Assembly (NCBI GenBank): GCA_033763315.1
Contig: JANRKS010000005.1
Coordinates: 192,001-256,000 of the forward strand
Direction of reading: 5' to 3'
DNA: 64,000 nt
Origin: Deltaproteobacteria bacterium
Lineage (GTDB): Bacteria > Myxococcota_A > Polyangia > Fen-1088
Shown here: positions 44,757 to 54,320 of the stretch, one piece after another
How the letters are laid out: the number at the start of each line of letters is the position of its first letter
Position numbering within the stretch: position 1 is the stretch's first letter
Translations under genes and position numbers: made by a program
Notes under the pieces: generated by a model
Told to the model about the DNA's origin: nothing
The model's input: the letters and a program-made list of their open reading frames with translations, nothing else
Databases searched by the model: none

Positions 44757-46922
44757 TTACTCGAGCCCCAGATCCTGCGCTTGCTTGACCAAACGCTCAA
44801 GCGCCGTGCGTTTGCTGCCATCAGAGGCCGAGATGACGTGGTTTAGCGCGGCCACAATGCTGAGGTTCTTGATGGCATCGGTGCCCACAGCGGGGCGGGT
44901 GAGCACGTCTTTGATGTCGGCGCGCAAGCTGCTTTGCCCCGAAGTGTATTCGCCCGCCAAGTGCGCCAAAGTTTCGCTGTTGGCCAGGGCGCCATCCACC
45001 GCGTGCCCCAAAGACACGGCCTTGAAGAATTTATCGAGGAACTGGCCATCACCACCCACGATGTTGATCTTGGCTTCGGCCAGGGCCTTGCCCATGACTT
45101 CGGCCTGTTGTTCGGACATCGACACGCGGGTTTTGAGTGTTTGCAGCGCCACTTCGGTTTGTTTTTCAAGCCGCAGCCGAAACTCTTCGTGTTCACGAGC
45201 GTCGCCTTTGAGCAGCTGCATGGCTTCGGTCTTTTGCGCCAAACCATGTGCTTCGGCTTCCATCCGCGCTCGAATCGCCGTGGCGTCAGCTGCGCCTGTG
45301 CGTTCGGTGGCCGCGGCGTTGGCTTCTTTGACCCGCACCGTGGCCAGACCCTGGGCTTCCACGCCCGCGGCCTCGGCCGACAACATCAATCGCTTGGCGT
45401 CCGCCTCGGCTTGGCCCAGCTTCGCCACCGCGCCCGCTTCGGCCTCGCGGCCTTTCGCTTGCGCCTGCATTTGCTCCATCGTCACGCGCGCCTGTGCCAT
45501 GCCCACCTTTTCGGTGGCCACCGCGTCGGCTTCCTTCACGCGCACCTGCGCCAAGCCTTCGGCCGCGGCCTCGGCCTGCACACCTTCGGCGATGCGCAGC
45601 TTCGCGCGTGCCGTGCGATCCGCGGCTTCGAGATCGGCATCCGCCTTGGTGATCGCCTGTTTGGCTTCGTATTTGGCCACCTCGGTCTGCGCCTCAGCCT
45701 GCTTGAGCTTAAGCACCACTTGCTCCTGCGCTTTGCCCTCGGCGGTAATCACATGCGCGTCCTTCTGGCGTTTGGCTTCAGCCAGCAGGCGAATGTCTTT
45801 GATGCGCTCTTCTTCTTCCGCCACCTGCTTTTCAACGGCGATGCGCCCCGACACCACATCGGCGATCACTTTGCGTTCCACTTCCAGCGCTTTTTCCTTC
45901 TCGATGCGCTGCAGTTCCACTTGACGCTCGCGCGAGATGGCTTCAAGGTCGCGATCCTTGGTGACGCGTTCGTTTTCCACGGCCACCACGCGCTCGCGGT
46001 TCTTCGCGGCCACTTCCACCTGCCGTTTGCGGTTTTCATCCGCGATCGCAACTTCTTCTTCCTGGCGAATGCGAGCCACCTCGGCCTTTTGCTTTTCTTC
46101 GGCCTGTACGCGCATGGTTTCAGCTTGCTCACGCGCTTGAATGCTCAAAATCTCACGCTGCTGGCGCGCCTGCGCGTCGGCGCGTTGCCGCTCCAGCTCA
46201 AAGATGGCCTCAGCCGATTCCACGTTCTTTTTCGTGATGGCCTTGAGCTCCTCTTGCTTTAGATCGTTCGTGCTCACCTTCTGGGCGGCGGTGATTTCCG
46301 TGATCTTGCGGATGCCTTGCGCGTCCAAGATGTTGCTGGGATCCAGCACTTCCAGCGGCGTTTGCTCGAGGAAATCGATGGCGGCGTCGTCAAGCACATA
46401 ACCATTGAGATCTCGGCCAATGACGTCGATGATCTGGTCGCGGAACTCATCGCGCTTTGTGTAAAGCTCTTCAAACTCCAAGCGCTTGCCCACAGTCTTG
46501 AGCGCTTCGGAAAACTTCGCCACGAACAGCTGTTCAAGCGTGTCGGCGTCGGAGGCGCGCACGCACCCGATCGACTGCGCGACCTTCAGGACGTCTTCGG
46601 CCGTTTTGTTAACACGCACGAAAAATGTGACACGAATGTCGGCGCGGATGTTGTCTTTGCAGATCAACCCTTCTTTGCCCTTGCGGTCGATTTCGATGGT
46701 GCGCACCGAGATGTCCATGACCTCAGCCCGGTGCAAAACGGGAATCACCACCGCGCCCGTGAAGGTGACCGTGGGCTCACTTTTGAGCGTGTTGACGATA
46801 AGCGCCCGGCCTTGATCCACCTTGCGGTAGAACCGCGTGACGAATAAACCCACGGCGAAGAGCAGCACAAAAGCGCCCCCGCCGATCAACAACGCCGCTT
46901 GCAAAGTTCCGTTCAGTTCCAT
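44757..46922 (-). CDS. Flotillin-like SPFH protein (YqiK family)
   Basis: N-terminal TM, FYRKV.QG.ALI, GLICKDNIRADI SPFH domain, long AEA/EAE-rich coiled coil. Confidence 0.9.
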   Translation of the reverse strand: MELNGTLQAALLIGGGAFVLLFAVGLFVTRFYRKVDQGRALIVNTLKSEPTVTFTGAVVIPVLHRAEVMDISVRTIEIDRKGKEGLICKDNIRADIRVTFFVRVNKTAEDVLKVAQSIGCVRASDADTLEQLFVAKFSEALKTVGKRLEFEELYTKRDEFRDQIIDVIGRDLNGYVLDDAAIDFLEQTPLEVLDPSNILDAQGIRKITEITAAQKVSTNDLKQEELKAITKKNVESAEAIFELERQRADAQARQQREILSIQAREQAETMRVQAEEKQKAEVARIRQEEEVAIADENRKRQVEVAAKNRERVVAVENERVTKDRDLEAISRERQVELQRIEKEKALEVERKVIADVVSGRIAVEKQVAEEEERIKDIRLLAEAKRQKDAHVITAEGKAQEQVVLKLKQAEAQTEVAKYEAKQAITKADADLEAADRTARAKLRIAEGVQAEAAAEGLAQVRVKEADAVATEKVGMAQARVTMEQMQAQAKGREAEAGAVAKLGQAEADAKRLMLSAEAAGVEAQGLATVRVKEANAAATERTGAADATAIRARMEAEAHGLAQKTEAMQLLKGDAREHEEFRLRLEKQTEVALQTLKTRVSMSEQQAEVMGKALAEAKINIVGGDGQFLDKFFKAVSLGHAVDGALANSETLAHLAGEYTSGQSSLRADIKDVLTRPAVGTDAIKNLSIVAALNHVISASDGSKRTALERLVKQAQDLGLE

Positions 46923-47186
46923 CGTTAATCCCGTCCGTGTTTCGTGCCGGTGCTACGCCCGTCCATTTATCGGCGTTCTTGGCGCCAAGTTGTGGGAAAA
47001 AATCATTCCTGCGGAGCGAATTTGAACTTGGAGGCGGGGCTCCGAAGCCCCCGACACCGAGTCGGCCGCCAGACAGGGCGAAGGCTGATATCGAAGGACG
47101 GGTGGCGGCTGCGGTTGGGACGTGGTCCCGGCGCATGTTGTCAGATTGTGACGTGCGGCCCCAGCGCGGTTTGCTTCACTTGACCG

Positions 47187-47534
47187 ATGACGGCGCAAAG
47201 GTGTTTGTTGTTGGTCCTTATGTCGGCTTGTGGCGATGCCGCCGGTGTCGCAGTGACGTCGCCATCCACGGACGCGCAGAGACGGGGGGGCCTCGCGCTG
47301 ATCTACCGAGCGCCCACCGCGCCCACCGCACGAAGGGCGCCAGCCAGTTTGGAACGCGCCGAACAACACGCCGAAAACTTCTCTAACGAAGGCTTTGTTG
47401 AGGTTCCGCAACAAACCGGCGGAGCGATCCTAGATTTGTCGGGCCGGTTCAGACACCAATCTAGGTTGCAAATCACGCCAAGCGGGTCGACTGCAATCGG
47501 GTGCGAACGCGAAAGTCATCTACATGCGAAGTGA
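47187..47534 (+). CDS. Small lipoprotein-like partner of the downstream metalloprotease
   Basis: MSAC lipobox-like; S.EG.VEV...GG..LDL.GRF...P.G....C resembles post-PEP-CTERM-1-type domains; overlaps the next gene. Confidence 0.55.
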   Translation: MTAQRCLLLVLMSACGDAAGVAVTSPSTDAQRRGGLALIYRAPTAPTARRAPASLERAEQHAENFSNEGFVEVPQQTGGAILDLSGRFRHQSRLQITPSGSTAIGCERESHLHAK

Positions 47535-48762
47535 AGGCGCGAGGTTGGCGATCCTGGCTGTGCTCACGCCGCTCTTGCAATCCCCATTTGCTGACGCATA
47601 CGCCGCGACAATCACCATCGTGAACCGCGATGGGCCCGGCGAAGGCTTTAACGATCCGTCCCCGTTTACGGCGGCGGGCGACAACGTGGCTGCGACGTTG
47701 GGGCAGGCGCGGCTCAATGCCTTTTCTTACGCGGCGAAGCTTTGGGGCGCCCGGTTGGTGAGCAAGGTGGAGATCAAAGTGGACGCCCAGATGAACCCGC
47801 TTGACTGTGGATTAACCTATGCGGTGATCGGCAACGCGGGCCCCAACACCGTCGATCGCGATTTTCCCCGCAACGACCCTGCTTATGCACCACCGCGTCC
47901 CAACACTTGGTACGCGCAGGCCGTGGCGAACGCCATTGCCGGCTTCGATCGAACAGCAACCCTTGCGGAGATCTCAGCTGAATTTAACAGCTCGTTGGGC
48001 GCCGGAACCTGCGCCCCCACAACAAGCTGGTACTTGGGCCTTGATGGGCGCGGCGCTTCCAACCAATTGGATCTTGTATCGGTGGTGTTCCACGAATTGG
48101 GTCATGGCCTTGGCTTTTCATCCTTCCTTGACCAATCTAGCGGGGCGAAACTCTCCGGTCGTGACGACGCCTTTACCAATGGCCTCATGTTGGAGGGAGC
48201 CGTGCCGGCCGCATTGTCAGCGATGACCGACGCACAACGACTGTCTGCCATGACAGGCGATCCGAATCTGACTTGGTCCGGCAACGCGACGGCCGTCTAC
48301 CTGCCTCGCCCTACGGCCGGACAAACGAATGGACGCGTCCGATTGCATGCCCCGAACCCGGTCGAGTTCGGATCTTCTGTGGGGCACTTCAGCGCCGCGC
48401 TTGCGCCGAACGAACTCATGGAGCCCTATTACAACGGTGCCAACCACAAGATGGGGTTGGCTTTGCCCGTTTTGAACGACGTCGGTTGGTTGGTGATTCC
48501 CGCCACCGTGCCTGACCACTGTCTAAGCGCGCTCACCGCCAGCAGCGATCTCGACAACGACGGCGTGGTGGACGTCTGCGACAATTGCCCCCAGGTGAGC
48601 AATCCGTCGCAAAGCGATGCGGACGCCAATGGCCAAGGCGACGCGTGCCCTTCCTCGAACGTGAAAAGCGTCCCCGCCACCGATCCTTGGCATCTGGGTC
48701 TGCTCGGCTTCGGGTTGCTGTGGCTCGGTATGGTTTCTCGTGGCCGTCGGTTCAGCGCCTGA
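47524..48762 (+). CDS. Secreted zinc metalloprotease with TSP3 repeats and IPTL-CTERM-like sorting tail
   Basis: HELGHGLGF, LMEP Met-turn-like, DLDNDGV.D.CDNCP..SNP.QSDAD.NG.GDAC, C-terminal VPA..PW + TM + RGRR. Confidence 0.8.
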   Translation: MRSEGARLAILAVLTPLLQSPFADAYAATITIVNRDGPGEGFNDPSPFTAAGDNVAATLGQARLNAFSYAAKLWGARLVSKVEIKVDAQMNPLDCGLTYAVIGNAGPNTVDRDFPRNDPAYAPPRPNTWYAQAVANAIAGFDRTATLAEISAEFNSSLGAGTCAPTTSWYLGLDGRGASNQLDLVSVVFHELGHGLGFSSFLDQSSGAKLSGRDDAFTNGLMLEGAVPAALSAMTDAQRLSAMTGDPNLTWSGNATAVYLPRPTAGQTNGRVRLHAPNPVEFGSSVGHFSAALAPNELMEPYYNGANHKMGLALPVLNDVGWLVIPATVPDHCLSALTASSDLDNDGVVDVCDNCPQVSNPSQSDADANGQGDACPSSNVKSVPATDPWHLGLLGFGLLWLGMVSRGRRFSA

Positions 48763-48793
48763 GACCAGTTCAGGCGTCGCGCCAAAGCCAGGT

Positions 48794-49513
48794 TCACGCC
48801 GGGTTGTTCGTCGCCAGCCCCGCGTCCAAGCGCTCCACCTCGTAGGCGTGCAGCTCAGCATTCCATGACACCAGCACCACCCGGTCGCCGCGCGCCAGGC
48901 CGTTGCCGGTTGCCGCACGCACCTCCACGATGAGCCCAGCGCCGCCGTCGTCGACCTTGGCTTGCCCAAAGCGCGCGTCCACCTTTCCGGTGGAGATGAC
49001 ACCCATCTTGCCGATCACCTGCGCCCGCGTGGGTGCCTCATGCACCTTGAACAGCGGCCGCAGGGGGCGGCAAAGAAGTCCCGCGATGGGTAACGACAGC
49101 ACAAAAACCACAACCATCAACAGGCTGCCGCGCAGAAGTGGCAACGCACCGGTCACCTTGATTGCGAAGTAACAGCCCCAAAAATTCAGCAGCACCAATG
49201 CGGTGCCGAGCACCGTGAGGGGCACCTGCCGCAAACCCAGTTTCCCCAGCAAGCCCGCGGCATCGCTGATGTGCACGTGATGGGTGTCCCCCCCGACGGC
49301 CGTGGCGGCCGCATGTGCACCGTCAGCCGCGGCGTGTGCCGCATGAAATACAGCATCAGCGGCGTGTGCCGAGGCATCTGTCGCACCATGCATCCCATCC
49401 ACATCCAGGGCGCCGCCGGCCACCAGCAACCAGTAGAGGATTACAAAGCCCAGAGCCACCGTCCACAACACGGTTGGATACACGAGCGACGCCGCGAACA
49501 AGGTCATCAACAT
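48794..49513 (-). CDS. YqiJ-like (DUF1449) membrane protein with NfeD-like OB fold
   Basis: PTVLWT..L....LYWL..G.LD, His-rich loop, LGL.QVPL, FGQA...DGGAGL.VEVR. Confidence 0.8.
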   Translation of the reverse strand: MLMTLFAASLVYPTVLWTVALGFVILYWLLVAGGALDVDGMHGATDASAHAADAVFHAAHAAADGAHAAATAVGGDTHHVHISDAAGLLGKLGLRQVPLTVLGTALVLLNFWGCYFAIKVTGALPLLRGSLLMVVVFVLSLPIAGLLCRPLRPLFKVHEAPTRAQVIGKMGVISTGKVDARFGQAKVDDGGAGLIVEVRAATGNGLARGDRVVLVSWNAELHAYEVERLDAGLATNNPA

Positions 49514-49617
49514 GTCGTCGACGAATATATCGCACGAGTGTGCAAGCGCGATCGATCATCGCTCTTCACGAAAGCCACTGTTCTTTTTGCACAATTGTTC
49601 TGATAACATCGTGTTCC

Positions 49618-50040
49618 ATGGCGACGAAGCGGAAGTCAGGTGGGGCATCGAAGAGCCCAAAGAAGTCTTCGAAATCGGCTAAAGCGGCGAAAGCCCCTAA
49701 GGCAAAAAAGGCTAAAAAAGCCGGGAAAAAGGCCGCAAAAGGCGCAGCCAAGAAGGGCAAGAAAGCCAAGAAGGTTGCAAAGCGCGGCGCGGGCAAGGCA
49801 GCCAAAAAGGGCGCCAAGAAAGCGGGCAAGAAAGTAGCCAAGAAGGCCAGCAAAAAAGTAGCGAAGGCTCCTAAGGCGAAAAAGGCAGCGAAAGCTGCAC
49901 CGCCAGCAGCCGAAGCTCCAGCGAAGAAGAAGGGCCGTGGCGCGAAGGTAGCTCCCGCTCCGGCACCCGCTTCTGAATCTATGCCTCCTGACCTTTCAGG
50001 CGAAGGTGGCGGCGGTTCAGACGGATCGCAAAGCGAGTAG
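49618..50040 (+). CDS. Histone H1-like Lys/Ala-rich protein
   Basis: 140 aa from ATG 49618, KKA/KKG repeats and an acidic Ser/Gly tail. Confidence 0.75.
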   Translation: MATKRKSGGASKSPKKSSKSAKAAKAPKAKKAKKAGKKAAKGAAKKGKKAKKVAKRGAGKAAKKGAKKAGKKVAKKASKKVAKAPKAKKAAKAAPPAAEAPAKKKGRGAKVAPAPAPASESMPPDLSGEGGGGSDGSQSE

Positions 50041-50053
50041 GCGCCCAAACATC

Positions 50054-50087
50054 AGCGAGTGACGTCGGGTCCGCTCGACGTCTCGCT
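50054..50087. terminator. Hairpin between convergent genes
   Basis: AGCGA(GT)GACGTCG..CGACGTCTCGCT stem; no clear T-run. Confidence 0.4.
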
Positions 50088-51438
50088 ATGATTTGGTTGT
50101 GGGTGGCAATGAAGGGCTCATCAGGTCAGGGGTTAACCCCACGCCCAGCTCTTCCTCTGTGGCAGACACCCGCAAGCCAACCGTGCGTTTGAGCAAGTAG
50201 TAAATCACGGTGGCGTTGGCGGCAGCCCAGGCGAAGCACGCCAAGGCGCCCAGCGCCTGAACGCCCAGCTGTTGCCATCGCGGCAACGGCAAAAGCTCTG
50301 CGCGCCCAAACAGCGCCACGGCCAAAGTGCCCCACACGCCGCACACGCCATGGACGGGTATCGCACCCACGGGGTCGTCGATCTTGAGCCTGTGTAACAG
50401 CAAGTCGAATCCGATGTTGTGCAGCACCCCCGCCACGGCGCCGATGGCCAGCGCCGCCATCGGCGAAACCAAGTGGCAATTGGCCGTGATGGCCACAAGG
50501 CCGCCCAAGGCGCCGCCCAGAAACTTTTCGCCCACGTCACGGCGCCCGGGCACCGCTTGCGCGTGCGCGAAGGCAACCAAGCCTCCCATGGCCCCTGCAA
50601 GGTTGGTGTTGAGGATGATGCCCGCGACCGCGGCGTTGAGGTGCAGCGTGCTGCCGCCGTTGAATCCCCACCATCCGAACCACAAGATAAACACACCCAA
50701 AGTGGCGTAGGCCATGCTGTTGGGGCGCAGGCTGCACGCGTTGCCATGGGCGTCGAAGCGACCACGGCGTGGCCCCACCATCCATGCGCCCACGAGCGCA
50801 TACCACGCCCCGTTGCTGTGAACGGCGCTTGAGCCCGCAAAGTCGATGAAGCCGAGCTTTTGCAACCAACCCGGGTTGGTGCTGTCGAAGGCGCCGCTCC
50901 AAACCCAGTGGCCGAACACCGGATAGACCACGGCCGCTTGCCACACGCAGCCGATAAGAAAGGCCGCAAAACTTGTGCGTTCCGCGAGCGCGCCCGAAAC
51001 GATGGTGGTGGATGTGCTCGCAAACGCCGCTTGGAACAAGAAGAACACCAACCCCAACGCTTGCGGTGTGGCGGCATCCTTGAGCGCAAACAAGCTTGTT
51101 CCCACCAGCCCGTGCCAAGAGTGGCCGAACAGCAGAGCAAAACCGAACAGGAAGAAAAACAAACTGGTCAGAACCCAGTTAACGAGGTTCTTCATGGCGA
51201 CGGACGTGCTGCTTTTCCGCTGTGCCATCCCCACTTCCACGCACTTGAAGCCGGCTTGCATGAAGAACACCAAGGCGGCGGCCACCAGCACCCACAGCTG
51301 GTCTAATAAGGGCGCTATGGCGGCCGGGAGTGGAAGGGGCGGCACAGTCGCGGCGCTTGCCGGGGCTGTCATGGTGGAAGCCAGCAAAACGCCTGCAGCG
51401 ATGGCCTGCGTCCCTCTGCGCCTTGTGTGGGAAAACAT
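50086..51438 (-). CDS. amt: Ammonium transporter (Amt family)
   Basis: FMQAGF..VE.G, TIVSGALAER, DFAGSSAVH, GWWGFNGGS, IDDPVGAIPVH (both pore His present). Confidence 0.95.
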   Translation of the reverse strand: MFSHTRRRGTQAIAAGVLLASTMTAPASAATVPPLPLPAAIAPLLDQLWVLVAAALVFFMQAGFKCVEVGMAQRKSSTSVAMKNLVNWVLTSLFFFLFGFALLFGHSWHGLVGTSLFALKDAATPQALGLVFFLFQAAFASTSTTIVSGALAERTSFAAFLIGCVWQAAVVYPVFGHWVWSGAFDSTNPGWLQKLGFIDFAGSSAVHSNGAWYALVGAWMVGPRRGRFDAHGNACSLRPNSMAYATLGVFILWFGWWGFNGGSTLHLNAAVAGIILNTNLAGAMGGLVAFAHAQAVPGRRDVGEKFLGGALGGLVAITANCHLVSPMAALAIGAVAGVLHNIGFDLLLHRLKIDDPVGAIPVHGVCGVWGTLAVALFGRAELLPLPRWQQLGVQALGALACFAWAAANATVIYYLLKRTVGLRVSATEEELGVGLTPDLMSPSLPPTTKS

Positions 51439-51581
51439 GCGTCGGTGGCTTGAACTTCGGACGCCGTCGCGGCCGCCTTAAGCGCGATCGCAACAAGTTT
51501 CACAATGGAAACAAATCCTGGCCTTAAGAGCGGCGCCGCAGACCCGATGTCTCAAGGGTCAAGCTGCGTGAAGTTGGGGCC

Positions 51582-52658
51582 ATGCCGAGCAAAGGGTTTT
51601 CACCGGGCGATGTTCTGGGCGGTAAATACCGCCTGACGGAACTCGTGGGCGAGGGCGGCATGGGCAGCGTCTGGTCCGCGCGCCATCTGTTGCTCGACAG
51701 AGACTGTGCCGTGAAACTTTTGTCCCGCAATGGCGGCAGCCGCCAAAGCCAAGCTGAACGTTTCACACGCGAAGCCAAGATCGCCGCTTCGCTGCGGCAC
51801 AAAAACGTCGTGGATCTCTTCGATTTCGGCGAAGCCGAGTCGGGGGACTTCTTCATGGTGATGGAGTGGCTCGAAGGGGAGTCGCTGTCAACGCGCCTGG
51901 GTCGCGCGCCCACCTTGCCCTTACGCGAGCTGATTGGGATCTTGTCTGAAGCGCTGGCGGGGCTAGCCGCCGTGCACGAGCGCGGCATCGTTCATCGTGA
52001 TTTGAAACCCGAGAACATCTTCTTGGCCAAGGAAGATGGCGAGGTGATACCGAAGCTGCTCGACTTCGGCGTGTCACGCTTGCGGCGCGGCCTCGAAGGC
52101 CCATCGTTGACGGGCACGGGCAGCACGGTGGGCACGCCCCATTACATGTCTTCGGAGCAGGTGCGCGGCGCTCGCGATCTGGATGGTCGTGCGGATCTTT
52201 ACAGCATCGGCGTGATCCTGTTTCGCAGCGTGATGGCGCGGTTTCCGTTTGAGGCCGAAGAGTTGACCGACCTGCTTTTGCAATTGGCCAATCAACCCGC
52301 GCCACGTTTGGTGCCCTTGCGGCTTGAAACGGGTGAAGGCTTATCCGCCGTAATCGATCGCGCGCTTTCGCGCGACCGCAATGACCGTTTTAGCAACGCT
52401 TACGAAATGAGGCGCGCGCTGTTGGCCACCTTGGATGCCGTGTCCCCCACAGTGCCGTGCCAATGGCGCCGCAGCGAAAGCGAATTGCCCTTTGATTCGC
52501 CCACGCAAAATTCGCCTTATCCTTGGCGCCACACACCCGGCGCTGATGCGGCCGGCCTCACCGCACGCCCTTTGTGGCTCAACCAGTGGCGCCGCTTGAT
52601 ACCGTTGGGTTTGGCGGCCTTGGTGGTGGGCGCCGCGTGGTTGCTCACGTCCCGGTAA
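51582..52658 (+). CDS. Hanks-type Ser/Thr protein kinase with C-terminal TM
   Basis: GEGGMGSV, AVKLL, HRDLKPEN, DFG, GTPHYM, DLYSIG. Confidence 0.95.
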   Translation: MPSKGFSPGDVLGGKYRLTELVGEGGMGSVWSARHLLLDRDCAVKLLSRNGGSRQSQAERFTREAKIAASLRHKNVVDLFDFGEAESGDFFMVMEWLEGESLSTRLGRAPTLPLRELIGILSEALAGLAAVHERGIVHRDLKPENIFLAKEDGEVIPKLLDFGVSRLRRGLEGPSLTGTGSTVGTPHYMSSEQVRGARDLDGRADLYSIGVILFRSVMARFPFEAEELTDLLLQLANQPAPRLVPLRLETGEGLSAVIDRALSRDRNDRFSNAYEMRRALLATLDAVSPTVPCQWRRSESELPFDSPTQNSPYPWRHTPGADAAGLTARPLWLNQWRRLIPLGLAALVVGAAWLLTSR

Positions 52659-52823
52659 CCTCGTGGCGTGGCGACCCAACCGTTTGTCGCACTCTCGGAT
52701 TCATCAGTTACACTGCGGGCGGTGCCAGTTCCTGTGTTCGACGATATGGCCTTGGCGCGTGGGTACACCAACGTAGCCGCGGTGCCGCTTCAGACCGCGA
52801 TGTGGGCCTGCCAAAGGGCTCGT

Positions 52824-54320
52824 ATGATTGGCGCTTGGCGTGCGGCGTTCGTTGTGCTGTGGCTTTTTGCGGCCGCACCTGTCGCCGTGGCGCAATCGCT
52901 TGATCGTGATCAGGGCCCCTCCGTTGTCACGCCCGATGCGGGGGACGACGCTGGCCGGGTTGTCCCCACCTTAGCGCCACCACAAACACGCAGCGAGGCG
53001 GCTGTTTCGAGCACCACGCAGCAAACCCCCGCGCCGCCCCCCTCTGTGCCACCCACGCAACGTGGTGGCGTGATTCGCACCATTTTGGGGATCTTGGCTT
53101 TGTTGGCGTTGGCCTACCTCGGTGGCCATCCCAAGGTCCGCGCGTGGGAAGAGAAATTGGGCATCTCACAGATGATCGCTGCGGGCTTTCCCTTCGTTGT
53201 GTTGGGGATGATCGCGCACCTGCCGTCCGTGGGCGTGTTGACCGACGACGTCTTGGTGGAACTTGATCCACTTTTGCACGTGGGCCTCGGCTGCATCGGT
53301 TTCGTGTTCGGGTTTCGCTTCGACTTGCGCACGTTGCGCCTGTTTCCGCAGGGCTCCGAGCGCTTGGTGTTTTTCTCGATCCTGTTTCCGTTCACGCTGG
53401 TGTGGGCGCTCTCCGCGGTTGTGTTGGCGCTGGTCTCCCCGCCGCAGGACGCATCGATCTTCTCGGGCCCCCTGTTCGTGCGCGACGCTGTGATCTTGGG
53501 CACCGCCGCGGCGATGTCGGCCAGCACGGCAAAGCGCTGGTACAAACTTGGCAAAGCCAGCCGCCTGAGTGTGCTTGTGGTGCGCGTGGAGGAGTTCGTT
53601 GGTGTGGTGGGCTTGGCGTTGGTGGCTGCGTATTTTCGGCCGCAAAACGCGCTTTCGTCGTGGCAGCTGCCCGGCACCGCGTGGTTGTTGTTGTCGGTGG
53701 GCCTGGGCGCCACCTTGGCGCTGCTGACGTTCGCGATCTTGCAAACCGCTTCGCGCGGGCCCGAATTCCTCGTGCTTTCGTTGGGTGTGATCGCGTTTGC
53801 CGCGGGTGCTTCGGGCTACCTGCACTTGTCGTCGGTGGTGGTTACGTTTATCGCTGGGGCGCTTTTGAATGCGTTCCCGGGCGAATACCACACGCGCTTG
53901 CGCGACACGCTTCGGCGCCTTGAGCACCCCATTTTGCTGCTGTCGTTGGTGATCATTGGTGCCTTGTGGCAGCTGTCTGATTGGCGTGGCTGGCTGCTGA
54001 TGCCCGTGTTCGGGTGCGCGCGGTTGGCAGGCAAGTGGTGGGCCACCAATCCCTTAATGTTGTCGCAAGAGCACATGGCGCTTAGCAACGATGAACGATA
54101 CGCGCTTGGCCTTTCACCGATGGGCACCTTGGCGATCGCCATCGTGATCAACGCCAAGGTGCTTTATCCCGGTGATTCGATCTCGCTGATCGTTTCGGCT
54201 GTGTTAGGAGGCGGGGTGCTTACGGAGATCTTCGTGCAGCGTGTGCACCGCAGACACAGCGCGCGCCTGCGCAACGAACGCCCATCGCCGCCACCTGTGA
54301 CCCTGGGAGGTGTGCCATGA
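52824..54320 (+). CDS. Divergent cation:proton antiporter-like membrane protein
   Basis: Signal-like N-terminus, Pro-rich linker, about 13 TM; ATGA overlap with the next antiporter. Start uncertain (52668-52824). Confidence 0.65.
   Translation: MIGAWRAAFVVLWLFAAAPVAVAQSLDRDQGPSVVTPDAGDDAGRVVPTLAPPQTRSEAAVSSTTQQTPAPPPSVPPTQRGGVIRTILGILALLALAYLGGHPKVRAWEEKLGISQMIAAGFPFVVLGMIAHLPSVGVLTDDVLVELDPLLHVGLGCIGFVFGFRFDLRTLRLFPQGSERLVFFSILFPFTLVWALSAVVLALVSPPQDASIFSGPLFVRDAVILGTAAAMSASTAKRWYKLGKASRLSVLVVRVEEFVGVVGLALVAAYFRPQNALSSWQLPGTAWLLLSVGLGATLALLTFAILQTASRGPEFLVLSLGVIAFAAGASGYLHLSSVVVTFIAGALLNAFPGEYHTRLRDTLRRLEHPILLLSLVIIGALWQLSDWRGWLLMPVFGCARLAGKWWATNPLMLSQEHMALSNDERYALGLSPMGTLAIAIVINAKVLYPGDSISLIVSAVLGGGVLTEIFVQRVHRRHSARLRNERPSPPPVTLGGVP

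Noticed and set aside
44713-46262. 403-aa and 442-aa plus-strand ORFs
   Set aside because: Antisense shadows of the flotillin gene in GC-rich DNA.
52130-52165. Kinase APE motif reads SSE (possible pseudokinase)
   Set aside because: The catalytic Lys, HRD and DFG motifs are intact; a single substitution is insufficient evidence.
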